Shown one piece after another: positions 1 through 14,376 of a stretch of 64,000 nt of DNA (positions within the stretch are counted from its first letter, which is position 1; each line of letters opens with the position of its first letter). Origin of the DNA: Octopus sinensis (taxonomy: Eukaryota). The translations under genes were made by a program, and so were the position numbers. The notes under the pieces are model-generated. The model was not told where the DNA came from. It made no database searches and saw only the letters and a program-made list of their open reading frames with translations. The stretch lies in the NCBI RefSeq assembly GCF_006345805.1, contig NC_042998.1:16988001-17052000 (forward strand), in the 5' to 3' direction.

Positions 1-515
1 TATATGTGTGTGTGCGTGCGCGCGCAGTATGTTTATGTGAGGGGTGGTGGCTTAAATCTTTGATTAGGGAACAGAAGTTATCTCTTTCTTACGTTCCCTT
101 GTCATTACTCCCTGGCGCACATTTCTTCGCCTAACGTTTTATTCTAATGCATATATGTACTTACTTCTAAGAGGTGATAAGTATCGGTATTCTTCTGCTA
201 TATATATGTGTGTGTGTATACATGTAAAGAGAAATAGAGAGAGAGAGGGAGAAAAGTGAGAAGGAGAGAGAAGGCGAGAGAGGGAGATAAGTGAACTTTA
301 AGTCAGTTAAAATATGATTGTAACCTATTTTAACTGCAGTCATCACAGAGAAAATTTCTCTCGTATGGTATAAATGTGTTGGAACAACTTAAGTCACCAG
401 TGCTATACGCTGTCGGATTTATAAATGGAAAATACTGAAGAGAGGCAACTCTGGACAGACTTAATTACAGATAGAGAGTTACATGCATACATACATACAT
501 ATATACATACATACA

Positions 516-780
516 TCTTTATATATAAAAGTCAAGTTGAGTGTCTGTCTCTTACGATTTTGCGGTGCAGTTTAACCAAAAGCGGGTATCTTATAGTCGT
601 GATTCATATCGAGCCCTTCTGAGCGCATCTACGATGATTCTACGATTGAAAAAAAAATTACCATAATTTTTCCCATTTTTAATGCATTTTTTGGCTATTA
701 TATAAGGGAAGTAACTCTCTAAAAATGCTTATATAGTTATTTCCCTTACAAACCCGAGCAACGCCGGGAGATACTGCTAG
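516..780 (+). mobile_element. Non-autonomous Helitron-like element
   Basis: Starts A|TCTTTATATATAAAAG and ends with a subterminal hairpin CCCGAGCAACGCCGGG followed by CTAG. A longer relative with the same ends lies at 34344-34737. The base after CTAG is A here rather than the canonical T. Confidence 0.65.
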
Positions 781-1759
781 ATTATATATAAAATTAAAGT
801 CGTGGCACATGAAATTGAAGAACGCCACAAGTGAGAATTAGAAATTGTGTCACAAATCAACATGATTTGTGCCATACTTTACAAGGAAGCATGGTTGAAG
901 GGAACTTCACTGGCGTTTTGTAATCTACAAATCGAATGGTTGCGAAATTGGCGTTATATCAAAATAAATACAAAATTATGGATTATATGGTGTTGAAGCA
1001 AGGTTTGATTAAGTGATTTTTATTTATAACATCATACACGCAGTTACGTAAGATGCGTGACGTCTATGAGAGTATGTAATGCATTGCATTTCGGTTCTCA
1101 CATCCTAAAATGACACCATAACGCAAGCCAATTGTCGATACGCCGTTAGAGTTACAAGTCCAAAAACATATGAATATCCAAAGCAATGAATACAAATGGT
1201 AAAATATGGAAGTGAGCAAGAGTATAATTGTTCAATCAGAATTTTAGGTAATTCAATTAGTGTGTCAGTGAAATTGGCAACAAAAATTGTGAGTGAGACG
1301 TTAGACAAGTTGTGAGTGACCAAATGTAATTGAGTAGAGCAAAGATCATATGAACAGATGAAAGTCCAATGGCATATCTTAACAGTGTTTTTCAACCTAA
1401 CGACTTCACATGAAACGAGAGACTAATAAGGAGAATCCATTTTCAACAAATATTGGCGCCACATAACTAACCTGATTCCGTCAATGCTTTGAATTAAGCA
1501 TTTGCATATCTACATGAAAGGATATGTGCTACATATTTTCTATTCTTCAAGCTATTTGTGCGTATTTCTCACCTATTGCAATCGTGGCTTTCAATACATA
1601 AACATATCGTTTTCATCCGTACCAACCAGTTATCAAGTTCACAAAGAATAAATATTATATACTAGCAAATAATAAATTAAGGAAGACAATAAGCCAACAC
1701 GTAAGCTGTAGCACACACACACACACACACGTATATGTATATATATATATATATATATA

Positions 1760-2023
1760 TACTTTATAATTAGAGTTCAGCAACGATGTGCTTCACCACA
1801 TACCGAAGTTTAGAAATAGCAGTCAAAAAATCTTACCTATTCCTTCTACTTTAAAAGGGGCTCCCAGAAAACCAAAGTACTTGTAAACAATCCTTTTGTC
1901 TGCGTGAATTGTTTTCAAGTACTTTGGTTTTTCTGGGAGCCCCTTTTGAAGTAGAAGGAATAGCTGAGATTTTTTGACTGCTATGTGGTAAGCAAATCTT
2001 TGCTGAACCCTAATTATAAAGTA
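1760..2023. repeat. Long inverted repeat (fold-back) next to a (TA)n tract
   Basis: 1760-1801 pairs with 1983-2023 and 1817-1891 pairs with 1908-1984, leaving a loop of about 16 nt and one bulge of about 15 nt. Confidence 0.9.
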
Positions 2024-2333
2024 TTATTTAAGCTTACCATGAAATGGTCTTTTTCATGCCGAATTCTACTTGGTGAAATTACCGATTAATTCTTAATTAA
2101 TTAATTTTACCCTTTGTTATTATATATATATATATATTGAAGAAGTAAACGATAACTATTGCAATTTTCTAAAGGGAAAATAATCACAAAATAATTTCAT
2201 TTAGTATTTTACAACAATCTATAGATGAGGATTGTAAATGCAATTTTTTTTTACCTTTTTCTGTATTTCAATTAATAAGAGCCTCTCCACTAGCACGTTA
2301 ACATTTCTCCCTCTCTATCCCTCTTTCTCTCTC

Positions 2334-2377
<44 letters not shown>

Positions 2378-3174
2378 ACTTGGTTTTGGGGGTTTCGGGA
2401 CGGTCATTTTATTTTTTTTCCAATTAAACATACGCACTATATATTCGTTCTTCACTCGTTTATTACTGTTATTATTTTAACCCATGTCCATCATCCGGAA
2501 ATCGTTCCCAATACATCTGTGGCCCTCGTGCGTGCTCTTGTTCCGCTTACTCCATTCTTTCAATACAAACATATATGTATATATATACAGCTAGAGAAAG
2601 AGATACATATGTATGTGTGTATTTATGTATGAATGAATGCATGTATGTGTGCGTTTATGCATTGTTGCGTCAGCAGTGCTCCTACATTATTTTGCTCAGG
2701 TTATTTCTACAGATAAACTATATAACTCATAACTAGCACTGATTTTTGCTACAACGTTCCGTCTCGAAACGCTAAATGTAAATAATGTGATCGGAGACAA
2801 AAATGGGTAATGAGTGTATATGCTATAAGGGGTTGTTGCCCCTTCTTCAGCACTCATCTTACCCACCATTGCCTCCGAACACATTGCTTATATAGACACT
2901 GCATAAAGTGGAGTTAGGTTATTGGATGCATTAACAACGCTGTATTCGGTGTTGGCTATATAGTGTATAGCAAAAGTGTATTGACAATATGGGTGCATAG
3001 TTTGAATAATAAAACTATTGTATTTATAAAACATTACCAAACTTCTTTCTCTTCTACAAATTTCATACTTGACGACCTAATAAGAGGTTAAAACAAAATT
3101 ATAGGTACTCTTGTTTCTGTAATTCATTAAAATAAAAGCAGGGCAAGACAAATTACATAATTTTTCGACTTAGT

Positions 3175-3470
3175 CTTCTTGCTTTTCAATGCACTTCTTG
3201 AAGTTGTCCACAAGCTTGCATATTCCATCAAAGAAGAAGACTTCGACTTGTCGGGAGGGATTTATGCACTGTTTCCTGCGTTTCTTCGTCTGTATGATGT
3301 TTCAGTGGTCCACATACGTGACTGTTCGGAAGGTTCAAGATCTGTGAGCAGGGTGATCTAGCAGCCCGAAGCCCAATTTTGCAATGCTTTCAACGGTGTG
3401 GATGGCCATATCTAGACATTGTTGTGCAGCAATAACACTTATTTCCACAATAGGCCTCAGCGTTCACTGC
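3175..3470 (-). pseudogene. Mariner (DD34D-type) transposase relic, C-terminal part
   Basis: Minus-strand translation across frameshifts gives VLLLHNN..., LLDHPAH..DLEPS, GPLK, TDEETQETVHK and FFFDGICKLVDNFKKCIEKQ. These match the mariner motifs LHDNARPH, HPPYSPDLAPSD and GIxKLVxRWxKCIE. Confidence 0.75.
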
Positions 3471-4894
3471 AAATTTCTGGTTCCACTTCGTTGGCCAGCA
3501 TTTCGCGGTGGGGAAAACTGTACTTCTTTATATAGGTTCATTCATAACCTAAAACAAAGCTCACCTGTATGCAATCTGAAATGGTCCATCGTTACCCATG
3601 CCAAATCGTATAACGGTTACAACAACAAAGCCGATCTCTGCATCGCAGAGATCTGTTGCGCAGTACAGCGATTCCCCTAACGAAATAAGCGATCTTATTC
3701 TTAATTGCAAACACAAATTGTATAATAATTTCTCGAAGTACAAATAATAGTGCCCTCTCCGATTAATTCCTAAATAATCTAGCTGCAGTCTCGACACACA
3801 CACTTGAAGCTCTTCTGTATATTTATAGCACGTACTTCCTTTTTTTAGCTAGCTTTATATGTTCTTAACTCTCTGATTTCCTTCCTTCTTCCTTTCTGCA
3901 CTTGAGGAAATGTTCACACCGATGGGGATACTATAGAGGCACAATGAACGTACGTGGATATGCGCGGGCACACAATTGTTAAGTAGTAAGCTACCAATTT
4001 AACTTTGACTACTACGTTCCCCTAATGCTTACAACTCCCATCTCCCTTAAGTTCTTACATATTCTGTCTTCTCTCCGACTAAATCTACCTTACCCCAACT
4101 CCTAAATAATTTTTCCTTTCCTTTTCTTCTCATTCTTCTCATTTTCTTCTCATTCTTAACCATTTCACTTCGAAAACAAATTTATTTTCCACATGGTACA
4201 AATCAAGTATCGCTCCACCTTTTCTTCAGCCTACCCGGTCAGTTTTAATGGCAGTGAAGTCACTGTGTTTTAGTTCATCCTCTAAATGACGGTTGCTTAG
4301 GTGGGTCTCAGTTAGGATAAAGAAAGAGATTGGATGTGAGTGTAATTATAAATCTGTTACTTGTAATTTCTACATAAGGGAAATCTATACTAATCTCTTA
4401 TAGTATCTTATAGTATCCATCAATGTTATTTGGAGCAATCTTATATAAAGCTGTGCCGTTTATATTTGGAATAATGACTATATTAAACGAAATTAAAATT
4501 ACGACCTAATGTTATCCCTAGCTTTCGTTTGCATCATCTATTTTATTAATTTCAAGTTTCATATGAATATGACAATTGAATCAAATTATGGTATGACTTT
4601 GTAATATATCATTATTAACTGCCTAGGATGATGCACATACAATATTGAACAGCCAATAGTTCTTCCTAGTGAAGCTTCAAAATGCTCAAATATATTCATT
4701 TTAAAGAATCATTGAGAAAATTTAAGTACATTATTAAAATAAGTGTGTATATGTATTTCAGTTTATTTCTTACAGAAACTTATTATTGCTTTCGTTGCTT
4801 TCTACTGTTAATAAATTACAGAGAAACATAATTCTACTTCGTATATGTTGTTCTTATTGAATATATTCGTTTTTAGTACACTGATCTCTCTCTC

Positions 4895-4916
4895 TAAATA
4901 TATATATATATGTATG

Positions 4917-4965
<49 letters not shown>

Positions 4966-4978
4966 TATACATATGTAT

Positions 4979-5056
<78 letters not shown>

Positions 5057-5075
5057 AATATATATACACACATAC
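4895..5075. repeat. (TA)n microsatellite
   Basis: Direct inspection. One of many such tracts (others at about 5565-5621, 10040-10103, 13900-14000, 19890-19998, 35225-35300, 37965-38040). Confidence 0.95.
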
Positions 5076-5557
5076 ACATAATCACATTTACGTATATATA
5101 CAAAGATTTGTATATATATGTATGTGTGCGTGTGTGTGTATGCGTGCGTGTGTGTGTACGTATAACTGCGTTGATATTACATCCACCTTGCAATGTCTTA
5201 TAGTAATTATTATTGGCGCATAATGTTTGTTGTAACAAATAATTTTCAATCAGGTATTTCACATTATTAAAAATGTGTAAATAACGGTCGTCAACCATGC
5301 TTCATGAATAAGAAATGAAATTACTCTGCTGTATCTCCGGGATCCCAGAATCGGCTGTTTGGCTTATAACACTTTTTATAACATCCCCCACCCACATAAT
5401 TTTCTCTATCGTTTATACTCTGTGCAAGTTTGATCTGCTAATGTAAATATCTATGTACGTTTACATAGATATGCATTGTCTGAAAATTTTCGGTCTTTGC
5501 TTTTTGTCTGTTTGTATTTATACATGTGGATATGAGTGTGTTTGCGTGTGTGTATGT

Positions 5558-5621
<64 letters not shown>

Positions 5622-5628
<7 letters not shown>

Positions 5629-5916
5629 ACCGACCAGACCATCAGATGTTGTTACACATCCCTAGTCACAATGCGTTCGCATTGTTTTAGCCTTCGAATG
5701 ACGCCACCCCGCTGGCTAAGCGAGCAGGCCAACAGAAGAAAGATTGGGAGAAAGAGTGGTGAAGGAGTACAGCAGGGATCACCACCCCCTGCCGGAGCCT
5801 CGTGGAGCTTTTCGGTGTATTCGCCTTATAAACACACACAACGCCCGGTCTGGGAATTGAAACCGCGATCCTACGACCGCAAGTCCGCTGCCCTAACCAC
5901 TAGGCCATTGCGCCTC
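5622..5916 (-). mobile_element. tRNA-derived SINE (second family)
   Basis: Minus strand begins GAGGCGCAATGGCCTAGTGGTTAGGGCAGCGGAC...GGTTTCAATTCCC, i.e. box A and box B-like motifs, followed by a non-tRNA body that ends in (TA)n. Confidence 0.8.
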
Positions 5917-5920
5917 GACA

Positions 5921-5996
<76 letters not shown>

Positions 5997-6029
5997 ATAT
6001 ATATACATGCTTAACTTTAAAGCGTCTCT

Positions 6030-6243
6030 TCAGACTCCAATGAGTGATGGCCTATAATATCTCATCAAAATGAAGGTAGAAAAGACCGCTGGGCAACTTG
6101 TTGAACACACAGACAAGAGGGAGGGTTTAAGCACTAGGCATTGTCTTACTGTAGTTGGGAAACCTGCCCCTCCTATCAATCCGGGAATCGAACTCAGTAT
6201 TTCGTGATTGTGAACCTGGCGCTTTAACCATTGAGACATGCTT
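6030..6243 (-). mobile_element. Degenerate tRNA-headed SINE
   Basis: Minus strand GCATGTCTCAATGGTTAAAGCGCCAGGTTCACAATC...GAGTTCGATTCCCGG is a tRNA-like head with box A and box B. The extent of the body is uncertain. Confidence 0.5.
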
Positions 6244-6793
6244 TTTATAAGTATGTTTGTGTGTGCGTGTGTGTGTATATATATATATACTTATATACAT
6301 ATATATATATGTATACATACATGCATACATAAATACATTCATATATATATTAAATTTACAGAAAACAAAAGATGAAGACAGATGAGGGGACAAAAAGCCG
6401 ATCTATTAGTTTCTGGCTTGAGAAGAATTGAAATGCGCATTAACAATTTTTGCCTACGCTCTTCGACAGAAAAGATTAAGAGGAAGATTTAGAGAGAGAA
6501 CGGAAATAACGGGGTGAGAATAAAATGTATAGGGATGAACGGTTTAACATGACGAAATGACCGTAGCCACTACACATTCTTTATTTTCTCTCCTTGTTAC
6601 TTTCTATGTTTCCTTCTATAGAAGAGCGTAGGCTCGAAATTTTAAAGACTTTTTCACTTCCCGATCGTTAAACTAATACATCTGTTTGTTGTCTACACCA
6701 CCTGTCTTCGTCTTCTTTTTTTGTTGTGAATTCTCCCTATATATATATATATGTATGTGTGTGCGTGTGTGTGTGTGTGTGTGTGTGCGTGTG

Positions 6794-6841
<48 letters not shown>

Positions 6842-9769
6842 CACACGGTCATTTGTTTCATTGAGTATGTTTACGTGCGCAATCTAAATTCACTCATTTT
6901 ACTTTCACAGTTAAGTATTATAAGCTAAGCTAAAATAAAACGGAAGACGCTATAAATCTCAGAAGGATGAGAAATTTGTGAAATCTCATAATTTTGAGCC
7001 AAAAATTTCGAAACGTTTTTAAAATTATATCTCTGATTTACACATGTCTTTTACAGCATTTGTAAAATACAATATATGTTTAGATTCTATTTTTGCGTGT
7101 ATCGAAGCACTCAGTCTCTGCACATGAACCATTATTTGAATTAGAAGGGTAAATTAAAAAGATCACAGGGAAATAGCTGTTACACTAATAATTATTCAAC
7201 CAATGCATGAAAGCAAAGCCTAAAACATCAAAGACTCATCCCATTTTGCAATAGTTTCTTCAAACTGGATTCATTTTATAAAATACATAAGAAAAGCAAG
7301 CAACAAAACAAAATTACCATATGAATATGATAAAATTCCATTATTATTATTATTATTATTTCTTTATTTTAATTTTTTCCCAATGTGTTTCAGCACATTT
7401 TTTTGTTCAGTAAAAATGTTAATGCAAATCAACACATTTATGTCACCCTTTCAATTTGCTTAAACTAATGTGATTAAATTGCTTAATAAAGTTATTGCAG
7501 AAAACATGATTTTATAACAGGATTATGAAGCGTTCTTGTACGACTTGACAGTGATTCATATGTCAATATTCTCAATCTGATAATTCTGCTCAAATTGATT
7601 ATATAATGTAAAAGGATACCATCACATCACTTTCTAGAAAACTCGTTTTTTTTTTCATATTAGTTCTCACGTAAAGATACAGATTATCATCAAAATATAG
7701 ATTTCATTTAGGAACGCCGAACACAGCACACCACCGATGATAAATCCTGACAGAAATTTAGAAATAATTTTGGATAACTTCAAAATACTAACTTTTCGTT
7801 TCACTTGAGACTTTTGTTGGGATTCATGATTTAAAATTAGACTTTAAGTATTAAGAACAAAAAGTTATAACATGAAACATGTAAGGTGATGAAATTTTAA
7901 TCCATGACATATGATACATCATGCATTCGTCCAACGAAAATGTGCAAATGTCCTATGAATGTAACTCAACAAGACAGACCCTAATTTCAACTAAAAACTA
8001 TGGAATACGATAAGATTATGTTTAAGATGTATAAATTCATAGATGCGAACACGTTTAAAAGGTGGTTTTAGTACTCAAATTGTAAAATTATCAGAGTTTG
8101 CCAATCCTAAAATGCCAATAGTTTCACAATAAATTTGAACATTACTAGAGTATTCCTGTGCATACATTTAAAAGACCAATCAAATCTTTTCCCTCCGAGC
8201 TTATGTTACTGGAATTATTTTCTGTGCCTGTTGTATTGTAAGGCAAATTTACGTCTGTGTGTGTACTCGTAAATGTGTGTATATGTGTATGTGCCTGTGT
8301 GTAATTAAATAGAAGTCAACATATTCTCGATCAAATGAGTGATCTTAGAAGTATATAAGTAATACTTTTACATGTTGATGAAATTTAATTATATATTCTT
8401 GCCTTGCAATGAAATTAGACATGGTGTCTCGCTAATATCAGCATGTTAGTGAAATATTTATAACGTGCAAGTGTATTTATCTTGGAATTTTAAATGTTTA
8501 TGTGCAAATACACATACGTGGGCTTTTCTGGATTATGAAGAATGTAACACATATCAAACACTCTGAAATCAACGTAAAAGGTAGTATTATGTAACATTTT
8601 CTTTCGTTAATATTTTTGTGTTTACCTGCCATAACACGATGGTATGATGTGGACATTTTTGGATTGGAGTCATCAATATTACAGCACAAGCGGTCTGTTA
8701 ACCATCAAATCATACTCCATCATTATGAAAATAGAGAGATGTGTTTTATATTGCAGTCTGGAAATCAAAGCACAGGTTAGATCTGGAATACTTTGACGTT
8801 AGATTTATACGTTTATTTGTGCAGTCGGTGACTACCTATATAAGGAAAAAGAAAGAATATGCTTCCTGAAAGCTGTATTATAATTTTTTTTCTTCTGCAT
8901 AAATTGGGAGAAATATTAACATCAGGAATGCATTTGGCCACATCATTCATTTTATAAACTATATTTTTTTACATATCACATTAATTTAGACCATACTACA
9001 TACAACTACGACAATATGAAACAGATCGCAATCAAATAAGCTTATAAAACTAACTTTCCCAAAGCTATAAGGAGTAATATACCACAGTGACTTATGCCAC
9101 CTTTACAACTAAATCTATCATTCCATCACAGGATTTTCATGTAACCTTTCACGAAGATTCTATGTCAGTCTCCAAATATGGACGTATATTTCAGAGAATA
9201 GATGTTCCAAAGACCGACAGATAACCTTCTAAAATGCGTCAAAATCTCCCGGGAATACAAGTTCACTATTCTTGTGTATATTATATAACCATAAAAATGC
9301 TTCAAAGCGCTATTTCCATTCCTTACATTTCTCTAAATATGAGATTCAGAACTCAAAATCTTCATGCACACTCCGGTTTACTCGCGTTTTTTCGTGAATT
9401 CCAGTTAGATATCTTTCGCGGCATCCGATATACATACCAACTTACCAGTGCAAAATTCATACTATGATGTTTGCAGCAGGTTAGTAGTTACATCCTAAAA
9501 GTTCTACATACATTTTTCCATAACACGCAAATTGATACAAACCAACAACATTATTTCAAATTTAAAATATTTTTTTTCAAATTAAAACATTGCAAGTTAG
9601 AATATTCACATCATTCAGGTTGTCTAATTGCATTCAAATACTAAAATTTAATTTATATAATAATCTATGCACAGAAATTTATTTAATATGACAGAAAGGA
9701 CAGCGATAATAAACTGAATGGTTTAAATACTATAATATACTTATACACATATAATATTTTATCTCTCTT

Positions 9770-10039
9770 TGCTTTATCTCTTCCTTGCTTCAGTCATTTG
9801 ACTGCGGCCATATTACAGTACCTTATCAAATAATTTTAGTCGAATGAATTGATAACAGTCTATTTTTTTAACAAACCTACTACTTATTGCATCGGTTTCT
9901 TTTACGGAACTGCTAAGTAAAAGAAACGTAAACATATCATTACCGCTTGTCAAGTGGTTGCAGGGATCACCCACAAAGAGAAAGACCAGCGCACACGCAT
10001 ACACGCAAGCACGCACAAACAAAAACACACACGCATATA

Positions 10040-10107
<68 letters not shown>

Positions 10108-10207
10108 CAGGATTTGATTGGTCCGAGGCTATAGAAGAAGACGCTTGCCCAAGATGTCATGCAGCGAGTCTGGACACAAAGCATCTTACCGCATAGCCAC
10201 GCCTGTT
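9770..10207 (-). mobile_element. Diverged copy of the main tRNA-derived SINE (family 1)
   Basis: 3' tail CAGTCATTTGACTGCGGCCAT at about 9790-9812, decayed body at 9880-9960, and partly deleted head at 10110-10207. Confidence 0.65.
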
Positions 10208-10254
10208 CCAATAAATAATTAAATATGCACATAGGTATTATGTAGGTATACAAT

Positions 10255-10317
10255 GTATTTATATCTATCTAACTATATATCTCTTTGTTTATCTCTCTCT
10301 CTCTCTCTCTCTGTCTC

Positions 10318-10353
<36 letters not shown>

Positions 10354-10509
10354 CATGCATGCATGTATGTATGTATGTATGTATGTATGTATGTATGTAT
10401 GTATGTATGTATGTATAACTCTGTATATGCATTTGTTTGTCTATCTCTCTATCAATATATGTGTATATATTCATACATACATACATACATACATACATAC
10501 ATACATACA

Positions 10510-10540
<31 letters not shown>
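10255..10540. repeat. Compound (CT)n/(TATC)n/(TATG)n/(TACA)n microsatellite
   Basis: Direct inspection. Confidence 0.95.
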
Positions 10541-10541
<1 letters not shown>

Positions 10542-10682
10542 CATGTATATATAAGCATATCTCTGTCTGCGCGCGTATGTGATTGTGTGTTTGTGTGTGA
10601 ACATGTACATATCCACACACAAACATACACTCACACACTCATACACACACATACACACACACGTACGTGTATATATATATGC

Positions 10683-10720
<38 letters not shown>

Positions 10721-11460
10721 TTACATATATATATTGACAGAGAGAAAGACAAACAAATACAGATATAGATTTATTCTATTTAAACTGTATAAACTCTTTA
10801 TATGATCTTTTCTTCAAACTCAATAACATTCTTGGCATATATATTTCTTTTATATATTTATAGGATAAATGGAGATATATTTCAAAATATTGTAACTTAT
10901 TTAATCTTTTTTTCTTGAGCGTTCTATTATCTGTAGATATAAATTCAACAGAAAATATATATCCAAATCATATTTCATTTATAATCCGATCAATATATGT
11001 TTATGCTTAGTATAAGTTTCCTTTTTAACCTTTAATCATCTTCTATCACTTCTTTGAAGATTATTTTAATGCAGTTTTAAGTTGACGCAATGAAATGCAT
11101 TTTTAAGTAAGCAATAATTGCTTCTTTCTGAATACGTTCCATACTCGATAGTAAATATTTACCTAATATATATTTTTAACAATTGTATAAAGGTTGACCC
11201 TTTTCTTTCTGAAATGAGCCTTAGATAATGTGAGAAAGTCTTCTGCAAGACTCCTGAGGTAGGATATAGATGAATGGAACGTCAAACTTTTAGAAATCAT
11301 TTTGATGCAACGATAAAATATAAACGTCAAAATGGAATAAGAAGGAAAATACATCTTGTATAATTTCAAAGAAATTTTGTTCCAGCTAATATATGTATGT
11401 GTAGTAATATGAGCGCGCGTGCGTGTGCATAAGCATAAGCATATATATATATATATGTAT

Positions 11461-11995
11461 AGAAAATTTCCTCAGACTGTCATGGTTTAGGGGTTGTCAG
11501 CAATTAAGGACATGTGATGCCTCCTTACTGCTTTCCACAAGGCTTTAGAGTTAACTCTGCTGGCTACATTGAGGTCCTGGAAGTAATTGTTATGCCGTGG
11601 ATAGACAGTGTACGCAATGAAAGGTCACATGGGATTCAGTAGGGGTCTGCACTATAACACATGCCTCTAGTAACACAGGAATAAATGACTGAACATTTTT
11701 ATAATCACGTAACCCCTAGCATTTGGCCACCTATGTACCCAGGTCTCAATCCCTTACATGTGGAGTGTTGTTGAGAGATAAATTAATGAATACACCAATA
11801 ACACCAAAGATTTTTTGAAAACTGCCATAGTCAGAATAATGTCAAAAATGAACCAGGACCACTTGATTGGGAACATGTATATTATTTAGATTTCATATAG
11901 AAGCAGTTGTTGAAGCTGAAGGTGGCTTTATTGAATAACATTATAGAAAAGAAGGTTTATGTTTATACTCATAGCATTTTTTGATAAATAAAGTT
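11461..11995 (+). pseudogene. Tc1/mariner (DD37D/maT-like) transposase relic
   Basis: Reads KFPQTVMV*GVVSN*GHVMPPYCFPQGFRVNSAGYIEVLEVIVMPWIDSVRN...HVTPSIWPP..PGLNP with stops and frameshifts. Confidence 0.8.
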
Positions 11996-12059
11996 ACTTG
12001 TTATTATATATATGATTTTTAATAACCTTATATCTGTCCTCAAATAGCTTACGCAGCCT

Positions 12060-12585
<526 letters not shown>

Positions 12586-13465
12586 CAGAGGGGGCGAATA
12601 ATAATCTGTCGTCTAAATTACGCAAAAACCAGAATCTCCCCAGACACAAGAGAATAACGCTGACATCTCATTTTAAGAGATATAACGAAATAACGTTAAA
12701 GTATCTTGAAATATGAAAGATTATATTTATTTGATAAAATCGCCATTGGTTTCAACCACAGCCTCAAGACGCCTTTGGAAACTCCTGCAACTCTTCTGGA
12801 CTGTCTCGTTTTAGAAGTTGGTGAATGGTGCTTCTGTTCATATTTGGTGTTGCAAGGAGTTTTGTTGGTCTTTCGCTCTAATGTGCCCCACACATAATAA
12901 TCAAGAGAATTGCAGTCTGGGGAGTTAGGTGACCAGATTTTAGGGGGTGATGTTGTCGCAGTAAGTGTCTGACAGTCATGACTCGGTTCTCTAGCTTATG
13001 TGGCATGGTGCAGAGTCTGGTTGCCAAACATAGGGTCTTCCAGCAGTCACTCTGCTGACCCAGGACAGAACTAACTCTTCCAGGGACTTGATGTAGGTCT
13101 CCATGTTGGGTCTGAGGCCTTGTGGGACGATGAATGGAGCCACAGCGTTGCCATCCCTAGTGTTCACTCCAAACACATGATTTCAACTAGAAGTTTGAAA
13201 TTTATAACACCCGGTACAGGTCTTCAGGCTGCACTGTCCTCAGATTAGCATCCAAACACTGAAGTTTTAGTATTGGAGCTTTCGGCGCGAATTCGAAGCT
13301 GTACAGCATGTCGTTTCTAAATGTCTGCTTCATGGTGCTGTTTTTCTCACAGACCCTCCCCAACTGACCCTACTATAACGTGTAGTCGACAAAATCAAAA
13401 ATAAACAATGCACGTGCGCAAAATAAAAAGATATAAAATGGCGACAAATTATCCATCGCACCCTG
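12586..13465 (-). mobile_element. Internally deleted Tc1/mariner (DD37D-like) element with degenerate TIRs
   Basis: ORF 12991-13176 (FGVNTRDGNAVAPFIVPQGLRPN...GRPYVWQPDSAPCH) continues into WSPNSPDCNSLDYYVWGTLERKTNKTP. The ends CAGAGGGGGCGAATAATAATCTGTCG and CGACAAATTATCCATCGCACCCTG|TA are imperfect inverted repeats. Confidence 0.8.
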
Positions 13466-13920
13466 TACACGCGTACACACACCCATACATAAATGAGTAA
13501 CACAGATGTAGAGTTTCAATCCATCACGGCCGTTTCAAGCGACTCATTTTAATTCATTAATGAAGACATTACATAATTTCAAAGAAACTGTTCTCGTCTA
13601 ACATAAAAGATACAACCATTTCCTTAACATATTCCCATGAATAATGGAACTCAAAGTATTTATATTGTTTCTTCTGACGTATCTGTGACAGAATGAGTTT
13701 AGAAAATAATGCTTTCCTTCTGAACTCTACTATAATTGAGAGAGCAACAGAGGAAACAGGTGGGTTATGTTGTGTGTACGTGGCAGAAATATTAGGTATA
13801 AGCACTGCTTCACGGAGTCTTAGTAGTAAAAATTCAATTAATATTGATATGGTATGCGGATTATACCGACCTAGCAACGGAATCCTAATTATATTTATAT
13901 ATATAAATATATATATATAC

Positions 13921-13998
<78 letters not shown>

Positions 13999-14329
13999 TA
14001 TGTATGCATGTATGTATGTATGTATGTATGTATGTATGTATGTGAGAGATGAATGAAATATTTTATTATTCCCTATAATAAAGGATCTCGTGAATTTCAT
14101 TTTCTTTCACTCACATTTTCATAAACACTCCAGCATGAAGGAATTTCTGGAGTAAATCCATTTATATACCTCCATACTGTTATGCCATCAGGTAGCCGAA
14201 TACTGTGAGCGGGCTTTAAACGGCAGATTGAAAGGTGTATACCCAAATATAAAATTATTACTTACATGCATTCACACTTCTATACGTACACACACATACA
14301 TATATACATATATACATACACACATATAT

Positions 14330-14376
<47 letters not shown>

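Noticed and set aside
2377-2520. Possible hammerhead on the minus strand ending CCCGAAAC
   Set aside because: The core reads CGGAUGA, and stems I and III do not form.
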